NCBI GenBank assembly: GCA_049802315.1
Contig: JBARMF010000042.1
Span: 1 to 51,413, forward strand
DNA: 51,413 nucleotides
Origin: Candidatus Udaeobacter sp.
GTDB lineage: Bacteria > Verrucomicrobiota > Verrucomicrobiia > Chthoniobacterales > UBA10450
Direction of reading: 5' to 3'
The notes under the pieces are model-generated. The model saw nothing but the letters and a program-made list of their open reading frames with translations. It was not told where the DNA came from and searched no databases. The translations under genes and the position numbers were made by a program. Numbering within the stretch: the stretch's first letter is position 1; every line of letters begins with the position of its first letter. This document shows positions 1 through 10,205 of this stretch, one piece after another.

Positions 1-271
1 CGCCTGTTTCGAGCAGGTCCGGTTCGTGAACGAGGGAAGTGGGAAAGCCGGCATACTCGCCGGTGGCAAAGAAACTTTGGAACAATTCCGGATGCCGGTG
101 CGTGTTGATGACGAATCTGTTCACTCCGACGGCTATCAAATGATCGAGCGCAAAAGTAATGAGCGGCTTTTGAAAGATCGGGATGAGCGGCTTCGGCAGC
201 TCATCGGTCAACGGACGCAGGCGCGTGCCAAGACCAGCAGCTAATACAAATGCCTGTAGGATGTCGTTCAC
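1..271 (-). CDS. sugar-phosphate nucleotidyltransferase (NTP_transferase family), N-terminal part; the gene continues past the window start
   Basis: Edge-truncated, so absent from the ORF track. Reverse-strand translation from the GTG at 271 gives VNDILQAFVLAAGLGTRLRPLTDELPKPLIPIFQKPLITFALDHLIAVGVNRFVINTH... The LAAGxGTRLxPxT...PKP motif is the signature of sugar-1-phosphate nucleotidyltransferases. Confidence 0.75.
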   Translation of the reverse strand, partial: MNDILQAFVLAAGLGTRLRPLTDELPKPLIPIFQKPLITFALDHLIAVGVNRFVINTHRHPELFQSFFATGEYAGFPTSLVHEPDLLETG

Positions 272-381
272 AAAGAGGAATATTTGAGATTCCTCGACTT
301 CGCTCGGAATGACATAAGACACGGACGCAGGCGCGTGCCCAAACCCGCTGCCAAAACAAATGCGTGAGTGATTCGGTTCAC
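268..381 (-). pseudogene. orphan 5' fragment of a paralogous nucleotidyltransferase gene, about 20 codons, broken by a short repeat element
   Basis: Reverse strand from the GTG at 381 reads VNRITHAFVLAAGLGTRLRP and then junk (CLMSFRAKSRNLKYSSL-stop). An identical 19-mer, acggacgcaggcgcgtgcc, occurs at 211-229 and 321-339. The upstream codons differ mostly at synonymous sites. The stop TGA overlaps the GTG start of the intact gene. Confidence 0.6.
286..314. repeat. short hairpin repeat, copy 1 (gagaTTCCtcgacttcgctcGGAAtgaca)
   Basis: Near-identical 29-mer at 47809-47837. A longer relative lies at 19354-19393. A 5-bp stem (attcc/ggaat) encloses a 12-nt loop. Confidence 0.7.
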
Positions 382-477
382 GAGCAGAAAATCGAGAGAT
401 TGCTTTCGCCTACGCTAAAGCTGCGGCGTGCAGGCGACTCTCTTCACAATCGAAACAGACAGAGCGACGCACGCTTT

Positions 478-1455
478 TTATCTCAGATAAAGCGTCCGCG
501 TGCCGAAATCGATGATGCCATGGTGCCGTCGCAGCGTTTCTGCGCCCAGCAACCCGGCGACCGGTGGCGATCCTTCTAACAATCCGTCGTGAATGAGTCC
601 TTCGAGGTCTATGACGCCCACGTCCTTCCCCATGATATTGACCGAGCCGACGGTCAGCTTGCGAATGTTCGCCACACGCACGCCGCGCTCTTTAAGGTTT
701 ACAGCCGAGGAGCTGTATGGGGTCTCGTGAGTGGCAATTCGCATCCGGCGAACGAACGAACGGTGCAATAGTGTGGTGAACGAGCCCGTATCAACCATAA
801 GTTTCGCCGCTGTTCCGTTCACTGCTCCGTTTACGAAAAGATTGTAACCATCGCTGACCTGAATCGGAACAGCGCGTAAGCCACGCCGACTGAAACCGGG
901 GACGCTCCCAAGGACATTCGGATCGGTCTTCAGAATCAGTAACTGCTTTTCACAATCGAGCACTGCTTGTGTCGGGAAAAGAATGTCCGCTCCGATGATT
1001 CCGTCGATCTGTGGTTCGTGCGCCATTCGCGCAGCGCGCGCAGAACCGCCGAGATCGACCGTGACAACAGGCTCATCGACCAGACTCAGTCCGCCGATTC
1101 GCAGTTCGCGCGCGATCGCCACATTGTTGAATGCACCGTTGATTTGGACCCGTGCTGGCAAACTTGATTTGGAGGTGATCGGTTTGAGCTTGAAATATTG
1201 CCGGCGATTCAGGGCAATCGCGCTCACGGGCGCACCGCTATCGACCGTCAACCATGCGGGTTTGCCGTTAATGAACGCACGCAGTAACAAATGATTTTGT
1301 CGCGAGCGGACGAGCGGCAATGCTTCAAACTGCGGCGCTGGTCGCGCGACAGCCCCACGCGACGTAGCAGCAAATTCGATGACTAAAAAAAAACCAAGCG
1401 CAGCGCCGCAAACCCACAGCAAGCGTCGTGCGCGCAGCAGATGATTTGAGGTCAT
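478..1455 (-). CDS. membrane-anchored retropepsin-like aspartic protease with two catalytic half-domains
   Basis: 325-aa ORF with an N-terminal hydrophobic anchor (LLWVCGAALGFFLVIEF). Two D-S/T-G-A/S motifs are present (LTVDSGAPVSAI and LMVDTGSFTTLL), as in clan AA single-chain pseudo-dimers. Confidence 0.7.
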   Translation of the reverse strand: MTSNHLLRARRLLWVCGAALGFFLVIEFAATSRGAVARPAPQFEALPLVRSRQNHLLLRAFINGKPAWLTVDSGAPVSAIALNRRQYFKLKPITSKSSLPARVQINGAFNNVAIARELRIGGLSLVDEPVVTVDLGGSARAARMAHEPQIDGIIGADILFPTQAVLDCEKQLLILKTDPNVLGSVPGFSRRGLRAVPIQVSDGYNLFVNGAVNGTAAKLMVDTGSFTTLLHRSFVRRMRIATHETPYSSSAVNLKERGVRVANIRKLTVGSVNIMGKDVGVIDLEGLIHDGLLEGSPPVAGLLGAETLRRHHGIIDFGTRTLYLR

Positions 1456-1572
1456 CGGTGGCGGGGAGATTACACGCTTATTTTTTTACGTAAACAACTT
1501 TACGCGGTTTTTTGGCGTTGCAGTGCATCCGTGCGTGATGATTAACTCCTCCGGCAAGTCCAGCCGACCAAA

Positions 1573-3120
1573 ATGACCACTCCGGTAACTGAGACGCCTG
1601 CTAGCGATCAAAACTTCGTTCGTGGGCTTGGCTTGCTCGACTCCACGATGTTAGTGGCCGGCTCGATGATCGGTTCGGGAATTTTCATTGTGTCGGCGGA
1701 TATTGGGCGGCTGGTTGGCTCGGCTGGATGGTTGCTTGTGGTGTGGGCCGTCACGGGCGTGCTCACCGTTGTCGCTGCGCTCAGCTACGGTGAGCTCGCT
1801 GCAATGATGCCTCGGGCCGGCGGCCAATATGTTTATCTGCGCGAGGCGTACAGTCCGTTGTGGGGATTTCTCTATGGCTGGACGCTGTTCCTCGTGATCC
1901 AGACCGGCACAATTGCTGCGGTCGCAGTGGCGTTCGCGCGATTTCTCGGCGTGTTAACTGATTCAGTTTCGCCGACGCAATGGATTGTCTCGCCAATCAC
2001 GCTCTCGCAGCGCTACGCCATCAGCCTTTCCACCCAGCAACTAGTCGCAATCTTGATTATCGTTCTCCTGACGTTCGTAAACACGCGTGGATTAGCGCTG
2101 GGTAAGCTGATCCAGAATGTTTTTACCTCCGCGAAGACGTTGTCACTGATGGCGTTGATCGCGCTGGGCATTTTTGTGGGACGCAACGCCAATGCATTAC
2201 ATGCTAATTTCACGAATTTCTGGACGCCGGCCGCGGCTTCTCCGATCACATCGGATCTGCCGTTCGTCAGTGCTGTTTCTGCGGCTGGCGGCGCGCTTGG
2301 GATGCTGATCGCAGTTTGTGTTGGCCAAGTCGGTTCGCTGTTTTCCTCGGATGCCTGGAATAACATTACGTTCACCGCTGGTGAGGTGCGCGAGCCGCGG
2401 CGAAACATTCCGTTGTCGCTTCTATTCGGCACCGCGTTGGTTATTACGTTGTATCTGCTGGCGAACGTGGCTTATCTCTGCGTGCTCCCGTTGGAAAAAA
2501 TCCAGCACGCTCCGGACGATCGCGTCGGCACTGCGGCGATGGAGGTAATGTTCGGCGGCGCAGGCGCTGGGATAATGGCGGTCGCCATCATGGTCTCTAC
2601 ATTCGGGTGTTGTAATGGACTGATTCTGGCAGGAGCGCGTGTGTATTACGCAATGGCGCTGGATGGGTTGTTCTTTAAAGCAACAGCACGGCTCAATTCG
2701 AAACACGTACCTGCCACCGCTCTCGTGATGCAAGGAATCTGGACTGCGGTGCTGGTGCTCCCGCGCACGCGAAACGTTGATACCACAAGCGGAGCCGTGA
2801 GCTACGGTAATCTTTACAGTAATCTGTTGGACTACATTATCTTCGCCGCTCTAATTTTTTACGTGCTGACGATTGCAGGGATATTCGTGCTTCGCCGAAC
2901 GCGGCCAGATGCCGAACGTCCGTACCGCGCATTGGGTTACCCGATTTTGCCGGCGCTTTACATGGTCGGTGCTACGGCGATCATGCTGGTTCTGCTGGCC
3001 TACCGAGCACAAACGACGTGGCCGGGCCTGGTGATCGTGTTGACCGGTGTCCCCGTTTATTTCCTCTGGAAAAACGCAAATCAAACTCGAAGCGGAACCG
3101 GGCAGCCGCCCGCTGGCTAG
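1573..3120 (+). CDS. APC-family amino acid permease
   Basis: 515 aa with about 12 predicted hydrophobic segments. The N-terminal GSMIGSGIF and GELAAMMPRAGGQYVYL motifs are typical of amino acid/polyamine/organocation transporters. Confidence 0.85.
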   Translation: MTTPVTETPASDQNFVRGLGLLDSTMLVAGSMIGSGIFIVSADIGRLVGSAGWLLVVWAVTGVLTVVAALSYGELAAMMPRAGGQYVYLREAYSPLWGFLYGWTLFLVIQTGTIAAVAVAFARFLGVLTDSVSPTQWIVSPITLSQRYAISLSTQQLVAILIIVLLTFVNTRGLALGKLIQNVFTSAKTLSLMALIALGIFVGRNANALHANFTNFWTPAAASPITSDLPFVSAVSAAGGALGMLIAVCVGQVGSLFSSDAWNNITFTAGEVREPRRNIPLSLLFGTALVITLYLLANVAYLCVLPLEKIQHAPDDRVGTAAMEVMFGGAGAGIMAVAIMVSTFGCCNGLILAGARVYYAMALDGLFFKATARLNSKHVPATALVMQGIWTAVLVLPRTRNVDTTSGAVSYGNLYSNLLDYIIFAALIFYVLTIAGIFVLRRTRPDAERPYRALGYPILPALYMVGATAIMLVLLAYRAQTTWPGLVIVLTGVPVYFLWKNANQTRSGTGQPPAG

Positions 3121-3138
3121 CGAAGGAGAACACAACGC

Positions 3139-4647
3139 ATGGCAGGTTTATTCGCAAGAAAACCGTTGGAGCGGCTGATGACCGAGGCGCAGGACGTCGG
3201 CGAACATTGCCTCAAACGGTCCCTCGGGCCGGTTAATTTGGTCATGCTGGGTATTGGAGCAATCATCGGGGCGGGTCTGTTTGTGCGAACTGCCGCGGCA
3301 ATTGCCGATCGTGCGGGTCCTTCAGTCGTGCTCGCGTTCGTCGTAGCAGGAATCGGCTGCGCGTTTGCCGGCCTGTGTTACGCCGAATTTGCCTCGATGA
3401 TCCCAGTTGCCGGCAGCGCCTATACTTATTCCTACGCAACGATGGGCGAACTCGTCGCATGGATCATTGGGTGGGATTTGATCCTCGAGTACGCGGTCGG
3501 CGCGGCGACTGTAGCAATCGCGTGGAGCGAATATGCAAATCGCGTCCTCGACTGGTTCGGCATGCGCATACCCTACCAATGGGCACACTCGCCCTTTGAA
3601 CACGACATCAATACCGGTGTTCACGGCATTATGAACATGCCGGCCGTGTTCATCCTACTATTGCTGACCCTGCTGCTGATTCGCGGTACCAAAGAATCGG
3701 CATTCGTAAATGGGATCATCGTGATTTTGAAGGTAACCATCGTGTTGCTCGTGATCGGCATCGGGTGGCACTTTGTGAATCCGGCGAACCACACGCCGCT
3801 CATTCCAGCGCCAACCACGTACGTCACACCACAAGGCATCAGCCACGCGTACGGAGGAATCCTCGGCATTCTCGGCGCGGCGGGCGTTGTGTTTTTCGCA
3901 TACATCGGGTTTGATGCGGTTAGCACGGCGGCGCAAGAGGCGCGAAATCCTAAGCGTGATATGCCGATCGGCATCCTGGGTTCTCTGGTAATCTGCACGG
4001 TGCTTTACGTGCTCTTCTCGTACGTCTTGAGCGGCCTCGCGACCGTCCAGGATTTCCGCAGCCATGGCCGGGAAGCATCCGTAGCATTCGCGATCACGAA
4101 ATACATGCCCGGCTTTGAATGGCTGTCGAAGTCTGTGACAGTCGCTATCCTTGCCGGCTTCTCATCCGTAATTCTCGTGATGCTGCTTGGCCAATCGCGC
4201 GTTTTCTATTCGATGAGTCGCGACGGACTTGTCCCGAAAACCTTTTCCGATGTGCACCCGAAATTTAGAACGCCGTACAAGTCGAACATTCTTTTCTTTT
4301 TGTTCACCGGCGCCTTCGGCGCATTCATTCCGGAGGACATCGTAGGCGAGATGACCAGTATTGGAACGCTTTTTGCCTTCATTCTTGTCTGCGCCGGAGT
4401 TTGGATCTTGCGTTCTTCACGTCCAGATCTCGAACGTGCATTTCGCGTACCCGCGGTGCCGGTTGTTTCCACGCTCGGCATCATCGTTTGCGGGGCGATG
4501 ATTTATGGTCTTGGCTGGACGAATTGGATGCGTTTGCTTGTTTGGCTTGTGATTGGACTGATCTTCTATTTTAGCTACGGCAAACGGCACAGCCGCATCA
4601 GCGCGCCACCACCGGAAATGCCCGAAGGCATTCAACTGACGCGCTAA
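3139..4647 (+). CDS. amino acid permease, cationic amino acid transporter (CAT)-like subfamily
   Basis: 502 aa and polytopic. IGAIIGAGLF and YAEFASMIPVAGSAYTYSY are characteristic of the CAT/YfnA-type APC transporters. It follows the previous permease after 18 nt. Confidence 0.85.
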   Translation: MAGLFARKPLERLMTEAQDVGEHCLKRSLGPVNLVMLGIGAIIGAGLFVRTAAAIADRAGPSVVLAFVVAGIGCAFAGLCYAEFASMIPVAGSAYTYSYATMGELVAWIIGWDLILEYAVGAATVAIAWSEYANRVLDWFGMRIPYQWAHSPFEHDINTGVHGIMNMPAVFILLLLTLLLIRGTKESAFVNGIIVILKVTIVLLVIGIGWHFVNPANHTPLIPAPTTYVTPQGISHAYGGILGILGAAGVVFFAYIGFDAVSTAAQEARNPKRDMPIGILGSLVICTVLYVLFSYVLSGLATVQDFRSHGREASVAFAITKYMPGFEWLSKSVTVAILAGFSSVILVMLLGQSRVFYSMSRDGLVPKTFSDVHPKFRTPYKSNILFFLFTGAFGAFIPEDIVGEMTSIGTLFAFILVCAGVWILRSSRPDLERAFRVPAVPVVSTLGIIVCGAMIYGLGWTNWMRLLVWLVIGLIFYFSYGKRHSRISAPPPEMPEGIQLTR

Positions 4648-4661
4648 GCCATAGCAGAAGC

Positions 4662-5444
4662 TTAACTCCAGCTACTCTCGCTTCGAATCCATGCGCTGGA
4701 CTGGTCGCGGCGAATTGAAATCATTGCGCGGGCGCGCCGGGCGAGCTTTTCGGTGTCGATCTTTTTAAAATCGCGCTGTGCGGCTCCTATTTCAGGCAGG
4801 GAGAGGTTCAGGTTTCGGAGAATTCGTGTGTCGGACGGTATTGCCTCGTTAGGCTTGTGGCCGCTTAATACCCGCTTTTGAAATTCTGAAACTACCCTCG
4901 CTACCGACGTGTCATTAGCCACTCCGAAGAAATTGGCGAGCTTTTGGAAACTGAGATGAAACGGAATGGTCGCCAAATCTACATCAGCAAACCCAACGCT
5001 TCCTTGCGGCGGCATTTCAATCTCACTCGACATCGCGACAGAATGCCAAGTGTCGAATACCTGAAAATAGCCGATCTCCACACGGTACGAGTTGTGCAAA
5101 CCGGATATCGTTACGTAGTGCATTCCGCTCATCGGTTCGACGGCAACTCTGGTTTCTACGCCGCCCTCCCCGTCTATCACCTGAAGATGCACTTCTCGAT
5201 GCGCCGGCATAGCCTTTTCAAAGACAAATCGCCAATCAATATTCCAACTGACGAAGATTGTGCGGGGGTCACGTGCGATGGCGAAGAGAAATGGCTGCCC
5301 ACACATACTTGTCGGCGCGATGCGATCATCGACGTCAGGCTGTGATGGATGTCCGGCCAGATGCACCATTGGACCCTGGCGGATTTGGAAGCCGCCGTTT
5401 GCAGGTAATCTTCCCGCGTTGCGTTTTGTTTTTCCTTTGACCAT
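4662..5444 (-). CDS. DUF4912-like hypothetical protein
   Basis: The track ORF is 4662-5657. I chose the internal ATG at 5444 (MVKGKTKRN...), which avoids overlap with the divergent gene at 5519. The segment FAIARDPRTIFVSWNIDW resembles the DUF4912 motif (RDPxxxxxxW). Confidence 0.5.
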   Translation of the reverse strand: MVKGKTKRNAGRLPANGGFQIRQGPMVHLAGHPSQPDVDDRIAPTSMCGQPFLFAIARDPRTIFVSWNIDWRFVFEKAMPAHREVHLQVIDGEGGVETRVAVEPMSGMHYVTISGLHNSYRVEIGYFQVFDTWHSVAMSSEIEMPPQGSVGFADVDLATIPFHLSFQKLANFFGVANDTSVARVVSEFQKRVLSGHKPNEAIPSDTRILRNLNLSLPEIGAAQRDFKKIDTEKLARRARAMISIRRDQSSAWIRSESSWS

Positions 5445-5518
5445 TCTTGCAAGAACGTGCGCAAACCAGTTAAAGGCCAACTGCGATTGACGCGCAATAT
5501 GAAAATCAGGGAGAAGGA

Positions 5519-6004
5519 ATGAGTTCAAAAATCGTCGAGCTTGAGGAGCTTCCCGATCGGTGCGAGAAGCTGCGGTCGGCCGGGAAGAAGATTGTAGCCA
5601 CAAACGGATGTTTTGATCTGTTGCACGTTGGGCATGTGCGGTATTTGCAGGCGGCACGAGCGCTGGGCGATCTTCTGGTTGTTGGCTTGAACGGTGACTG
5701 TTCAGTCCTTGAGTTAAAAGGAACAGGGCGCCCGATCACAACCCAACGCGATCGCGCGGAGATCCTCGCGGCATTGGAATGCGTAGATTTGGTCACGGTT
5801 TTTCCCGAACTCAGGGCCACAAAGTTTCTCGCGGCGGTTCGCCCTGCCGTTTATGTCAAAGGCGGCGATTACACCCCGCGGACGCTAGACGAAGAAGAGG
5901 TTGTAATATTAAAGGAAATTGAAGCGGCGATTCGGATCATCCCATTTGAAGCAGGGTATTCAACTTCCGGATTGATCGAGCAGATTTGTAAGGGCAGGAG
6001 TTAA
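5519..6004 (+). CDS. cytidylyl/adenylyltransferase-family protein, RfaE domain II-like (D-beta-D-heptose 1-phosphate adenylyltransferase type)
   Basis: 161 aa. NGCFDLLHVGHVRYL carries the (T/H)xGH nucleotidyltransferase motif. GGAGAAGG lies upstream of the ATG. Confidence 0.8.
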   Translation: MSSKIVELEELPDRCEKLRSAGKKIVATNGCFDLLHVGHVRYLQAARALGDLLVVGLNGDCSVLELKGTGRPITTQRDRAEILAALECVDLVTVFPELRATKFLAAVRPAVYVKGGDYTPRTLDEEEVVILKEIEAAIRIIPFEAGYSTSGLIEQICKGRS

Positions 6005-6019
6005 AAAAACCGATTTAGA

Positions 6020-6622
6020 ATGAAAAGCCTTCCAATTGGAGTTCTCGGGTCGGGGAAGGGCAGTAACTGCCGCGTGATCCTCGAGCGCATCCGGTCGGGC
6101 GATCTCCCTGCGGAAGCGCGCCTGGTCGTCTCGGATGTGCTGGATGCACCGATCCTTGATATCGCGCGCAAATTTGGTGTGGCAAATGCGTATTTGCCGC
6201 CGGGCAGATTTCGTACGCGATTGGAGCCGGCAATAGAAGAGCAGCTCGTGAAAATGTTGCGCGATGCCGGTGTCGAACTTGTCATTCTCGCCGGTTTCAT
6301 GCGTGTCTTGCATGAACCAACGCTCAAAGCGTTCCCCCGTCGCATTATCAACATTCATCCATCGCTTCTGCCTAAATTCCCAGGACTTGAATCATGGAAA
6401 CAAGCTTTCGTCGCAGGCGAAACTGTGACCGGTTGCACGGTGCATTACGTCGACGAACGAATCGATCACGGGCGAATACTGGCACAGAAAGAGGTAAAGA
6501 TTTTGCCTAACGACACGGCGGAGAGCCTGCATGCTCGGATTCAAGTCCTGGAGCACGAACTATACCCGGCCGTTATCGCCGAATTCTGCAAAAGATATAA
6601 TGAAGCAAGCCAGCAAATTTGA
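6020..6622 (+). CDS. purN: phosphoribosylglycinamide formyltransferase
   Basis: 200 aa. Contains GSGKGSN, VILAGFMRVL and the INIHPSLLPKFPGL motif of PurN. Confidence 0.9.
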   Translation: MKSLPIGVLGSGKGSNCRVILERIRSGDLPAEARLVVSDVLDAPILDIARKFGVANAYLPPGRFRTRLEPAIEEQLVKMLRDAGVELVILAGFMRVLHEPTLKAFPRRIINIHPSLLPKFPGLESWKQAFVAGETVTGCTVHYVDERIDHGRILAQKEVKILPNDTAESLHARIQVLEHELYPAVIAEFCKRYNEASQQI

Positions 6623-6658
6623 GGCTGGCCAGATAAATAGCTCCTTTAAGCTTCGTGG

Positions 6659-7651
6659 CTAAGCCTGTTCAGGCTTGGGCTCGCGCTTCAGCAGTTCTTC
6701 CAAGGCAACGTCCGGCTTTTTCTGTTTATACAAGATCGCATATACCTCATCGGTAATAGGCGTAGCGATATTCAAGCGCCGCGCGCATTCCCAAGCGCTT
6801 CGCGCTGTCGGAATGCCTTCCGCGACCGTTTTCGTTGAGTCCAGGATTACTGGCAACGGTTCACCTCGGCCGAGTCGTTTCCCAATGCTATGATTCCGGC
6901 TGCCCTCGCTATAGCACGTCAGTATCAGGTCACCCGCGCCGCTTAGGCCATAAAAAGCATTCGCCGTCCCACCCATGGCTACTCCGAACCGAACCAGCTC
7001 AGCCAATGACCGAGTAACCAATGCTGCTTTGGCGTTGTCGCCGAGTCCAAGACCGTCACTGATCCCAGCGGCGATGGCGAACACATTTTTCAACGCACCG
7101 CCCAGCTCAACCGAGACCACATCCAAGCTGGTGTAAACGCGGAAGCGTGGGCTTCCCAACGCGGTCTGCAGCCTCGCGGCGCTCTCGACATCGTCACACG
7201 CAACCACAGCCGCGGTGGGAAGATCTCTCGCGACTTCGACCGCGAGATTTGGTCCGGACAACGCCGCGATTTTATTCTTTGGGAAGGTCTCGCGCAGGAT
7301 TTCGGTCATCCTCATCCCGCTGCGATATTCTATGCCTTTTGTGCAACTCAGGAATACGGCACGAGTTGGGCCAATTACTTTTGCCAAATGCGCTGCGATG
7401 GTGCGCAATGCGGCAGAGGGAGTCGCAAGTACGATCAGTTCGGAATCGGCGCAATTACCCAGTTCCGAGGTAACATGTACTGACTCGGGAAGGCGGAGTC
7501 CCGGAAGATAGTCGCTGTTTTCGCGAGTCTTTTGCATGCGTATCGCCCGATCCGCGTTGTGGCCCCAGAGAACAATTTGCCGACCGTCTTTTGCCCACAA
7601 ACTAGCCAACGCCGTTCCCCAACCACCAGCACCTATGATTGCTGTGTTCAC
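6659..7651 (-). CDS. gpsA: NAD(P)H-dependent glycerol-3-phosphate dehydrogenase
   Basis: 330 aa. Has the N-terminal Rossmann motif IIGAGGWGTALA, plus GALKNVFAIAAGI and the conserved C-terminal part. The start overlaps the plsY stop by 4 nt. Confidence 0.93.
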   Translation of the reverse strand: MNTAIIGAGGWGTALASLWAKDGRQIVLWGHNADRAIRMQKTRENSDYLPGLRLPESVHVTSELGNCADSELIVLATPSAALRTIAAHLAKVIGPTRAVFLSCTKGIEYRSGMRMTEILRETFPKNKIAALSGPNLAVEVARDLPTAAVVACDDVESAARLQTALGSPRFRVYTSLDVVSVELGGALKNVFAIAAGISDGLGLGDNAKAALVTRSLAELVRFGVAMGGTANAFYGLSGAGDLILTCYSEGSRNHSIGKRLGRGEPLPVILDSTKTVAEGIPTARSAWECARRLNIATPITDEVYAILYKQKKPDVALEELLKREPKPEQA

Positions 7652-8286
7652 AATTCTCGCTTTCGAGTAAAACGCGGTTCAGTGCCGCGAATCAGTCGCG
7701 AAAGATTTGAACGATGACGCCAAATGACAAGTGCCGCGACGCAGACGGAAGAATAAACTAAAAGTTTCCCACTCTTTTCGTCAGACGATCTAATCATGAG
7801 AATAACGATCGGTAAGGCGACCGTAGCTACGACAGAAGCCAATGAAACGTACCGGGTCAACCAGAAGACAATTATCCAAACAGCAACGCTTATGAGTGTT
7901 GCGACCGGCGTCAACGCCAAGAGTGCCCCCGCAGAAGTAGCAACGCCTTTTCCTCCTTTGAACTTAAGCCAGGGTGGATACACGTGCCCCAGGACGCTAG
8001 ACGTAGCTGCGAGAATTCCAAATATCTCGGGCGAATTCCACTCGGGCGGCCGTCCGGACGCCATCAACATCGAGATCTTTACGGCCGCGAATCCTTTTAA
8101 AACGTCTAAGGCAAATACCGGGTAACCATATTGCTTGCCAAGGACACGCACCACGTTAGTAGCGCCAACGTTACCGCTGCCAGCTTTTCGGACGTCGATC
8201 CCAGCAAGCCGACCAGCCACATAGCCGAAAGGGATCGATCCCAAGAGATAGCTGCCAATTACGATCGTGGCCAGGGTGACCATCAC
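7648..8286 (-). CDS. plsY: glycerol-3-phosphate acyltransferase PlsY
   Basis: 212 aa, polytopic. Contains GSGNVGATNV and KGGKGVAT motifs. Confidence 0.93.
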   Translation of the reverse strand: MMVTLATIVIGSYLLGSIPFGYVAGRLAGIDVRKAGSGNVGATNVVRVLGKQYGYPVFALDVLKGFAAVKISMLMASGRPPEWNSPEIFGILAATSSVLGHVYPPWLKFKGGKGVATSAGALLALTPVATLISVAVWIIVFWLTRYVSLASVVATVALPIVILMIRSSDEKSGKLLVYSSVCVAALVIWRHRSNLSRLIRGTEPRFTRKREL

Positions 8287-8294
8287 AGTAAGAA

Positions 8295-10184
8295 CTATCT
8301 TAACTCTCGAATATCGGAGTGTATATTATGTAATGTATTCCGATTCAACCAAATGTGTAAAATAGAGATATCGGATGGAGTGATTCCGCTGATGCGTGCC
8401 GCTTGTCCCAATGAGGGGGGGCGCAAACGTGATAGCTTCTGTCTGGTTTCCGACCTCAACCCGGCAATTTTATCGTAGTTGAGGCCATCTGGAATCTTCT
8501 GATTTCGTTTGTGGTCGATCCGTTGATTCTGCTCCGACTGGCGGGCTGCGTATCCTTCGTATCTCAAGTCTGTTTGAAGAAGTTCCCAAATCGAAAGCGG
8601 GAGGCTTGATAGTATGTCACCCGGCAACAATGTTACATCAAAATCGGGCTGCTTGAGAAGCCGAGAAATCGCACTTCCGTTTAACTTAGTTCGGATAGCT
8701 AGCGCGCGCGCCTGCTCTAGCAGGTGCATTTTCTGTTTGAAACTGTGAAATCTTGCTTCACTGACAAGGCCGGTATCAAAGGCCCTACCGGTAAGGCGCT
8801 GATCGGCATTGTCGTGTCGCAAACACAACCGATCTTCAGCACGGCTCGTAAACATGCGATACGGTTCTTCTGTCCCTTTAGTGACGAGATCATCAATCAG
8901 AACGCCGATGTACGCTTCGCTCCTGCTTAAGACTAAAGGCGAACGATCTTTGATTTTTAAAGCTGCATTAGTTCCCGCAATCAAGCCTTGTGCTGCGGCT
9001 TCTTCGTAACCCGAAGTGCCATTAACTTGGCCGGCTAAGTAGAGCCCGCTGACAATCTTCGTTTCAAGTGTCGGTAGCAGTTGCGTTGGCGGAAAATAAT
9101 CATATTCCACCGCGTAGCCAGGCCGCATAATTTCTGCTTCCTCCAAGCCCGGGATCGAATGCAAAAAATCGACCTGAACTTCATATGGCAGACTGGTGGA
9201 GATTCCATTGACGTAGTACTCGTTGGTGTGCCGCCCTTCTGGTTCAAGGAACAACTGATGTGAGGGTTTATCTGTGAATTTGACGACCTTATCTTCAATC
9301 GAAGGACAATATCGCGGACCAACCCCATTAATTCGCCCGGCGTACAAGGGTGACCTGTGTAAATTCGCTCGAATAATGTCATGCGTCCTTTGGGTGGTGT
9401 GGGTAATCCAGCAAGGCAATTGTTCCACGTGGAACTGTCCGTTACGAACAGGGTTCAGAGTGAAAATCTCACCGAAGCCGGTGCCGATCTCTTCACAATT
9501 GAAGGCGAAGCCGCATGGCGGTTCATCGCCGAGCTGAATCGAGCATCGTGTGAAATCAATCGATCGCGCATTTAGGCGACAGGGCGTCCCTGTTTTGAAT
9601 CGCCCCACCTGGAGTCCCATCTCCTGTAAGCTGGCGCTGAGGTTTGAACTCGCGTCCGCCATCCGTCCGCCAGGCTTACTGCTTTCGCCGATGTGCAAGA
9701 GCCCTCGTAAGAATGTCCCAGAGGTGATTACGACAGACCGAGCGGCAATAGTTACACCCATGTCAGTCTCGACGCCAATCACGGCTCCGGCATCGCGAAT
9801 AACGCGTGATACAGTTCCCTGTTTAATGTCGAGATTCTGCGCTTCTTCCAAAATGGCTTTCATTCGAAACTGGTACGCCTTCTTGTCACATTGAACTCGG
9901 GGGGCACGTACCGACGGGCCCTTTCTTCGGTTCAGCATTCGAAAGTGAATTCCGGTTGCATCAGCGTTAAGCCCCATCGCTCCTCCCATGGCGTCGATTT
10001 CGCGAACAATATGCCCTTTTGCCAGTCCGCCGATGGCAGGGTTGCACGACATCTGCCCAATAGTATCCAAATTCTGGGTCAACATCAGTGTGCGGCAGCC
10101 GATGCGGGCGGCCGCCAGTGCCGCCTCGATTCCAGCGTGTCCGCTCCCTACTACTACTACGTCGTAACTATCTAAGGTAAACAT
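8295..10184 (-). CDS. mnmG: tRNA uridine-5-carboxymethylaminomethyl synthesis enzyme MnmG (GidA)
   Basis: 629 aa. [19 protein letters not shown] motif, with the highly conserved [12 protein letters not shown] and [16 protein letters not shown]. Confidence 0.97.
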   Translation of the reverse strand: MFTLDSYDVVVVGSGHAGIEAALAAARIGCRTLMLTQNLDTIGQMSCNPAIGGLAKGHIVREIDAMGGAMGLNADATGIHFRMLNRRKGPSVRAPRVQCDKKAYQFRMKAILEEAQNLDIKQGTVSRVIRDAGAVIGVETDMGVTIAARSVVITSGTFLRGLLHIGESSKPGGRMADASSNLSASLQEMGLQVGRFKTGTPCRLNARSIDFTRCSIQLGDEPPCGFAFNCEEIGTGFGEIFTLNPVRNGQFHVEQLPCWITHTTQRTHDIIRANLHRSPLYAGRINGVGPRYCPSIEDKVVKFTDKPSHQLFLEPEGRHTNEYYVNGISTSLPYEVQVDFLHSIPGLEEAEIMRPGYAVEYDYFPPTQLLPTLETKIVSGLYLAGQVNGTSGYEEAAAQGLIAGTNAALKIKDRSPLVLSRSEAYIGVLIDDLVTKGTEEPYRMFTSRAEDRLCLRHDNADQRLTGRAFDTGLVSEARFHSFKQKMHLLEQARALAIRTKLNGSAISRLLKQPDFDVTLLPGDILSSLPLSIWELLQTDLRYEGYAARQSEQNQRIDHKRNQKIPDGLNYDKIAGLRSETRQKLSRLRPPSLGQAARISGITPSDISILHIWLNRNTLHNIHSDIRELR

Positions 10185-10205
10185 AAACGTATAGTGGCAA
10201 GTATA

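Noticed and set aside
26-244. 72-aa plus-strand ORF at the window start
   Set aside because: It is the antisense shadow of a clearly recognisable nucleotidyltransferase N-terminus on the minus strand, and its own translation has no recognisable features.
5445-5657. Long N-terminal extensions of several track ORFs (also 16625-16876, 35794-35853, 42499-42579, 12006-12146, 48583-48681, 40187-40240)
   Set aside because: The extensions overlap neighbouring genes or divergent promoter regions, and they precede internal Met codons that match the canonical family N-termini or signal peptides. I adopted the shorter starts.
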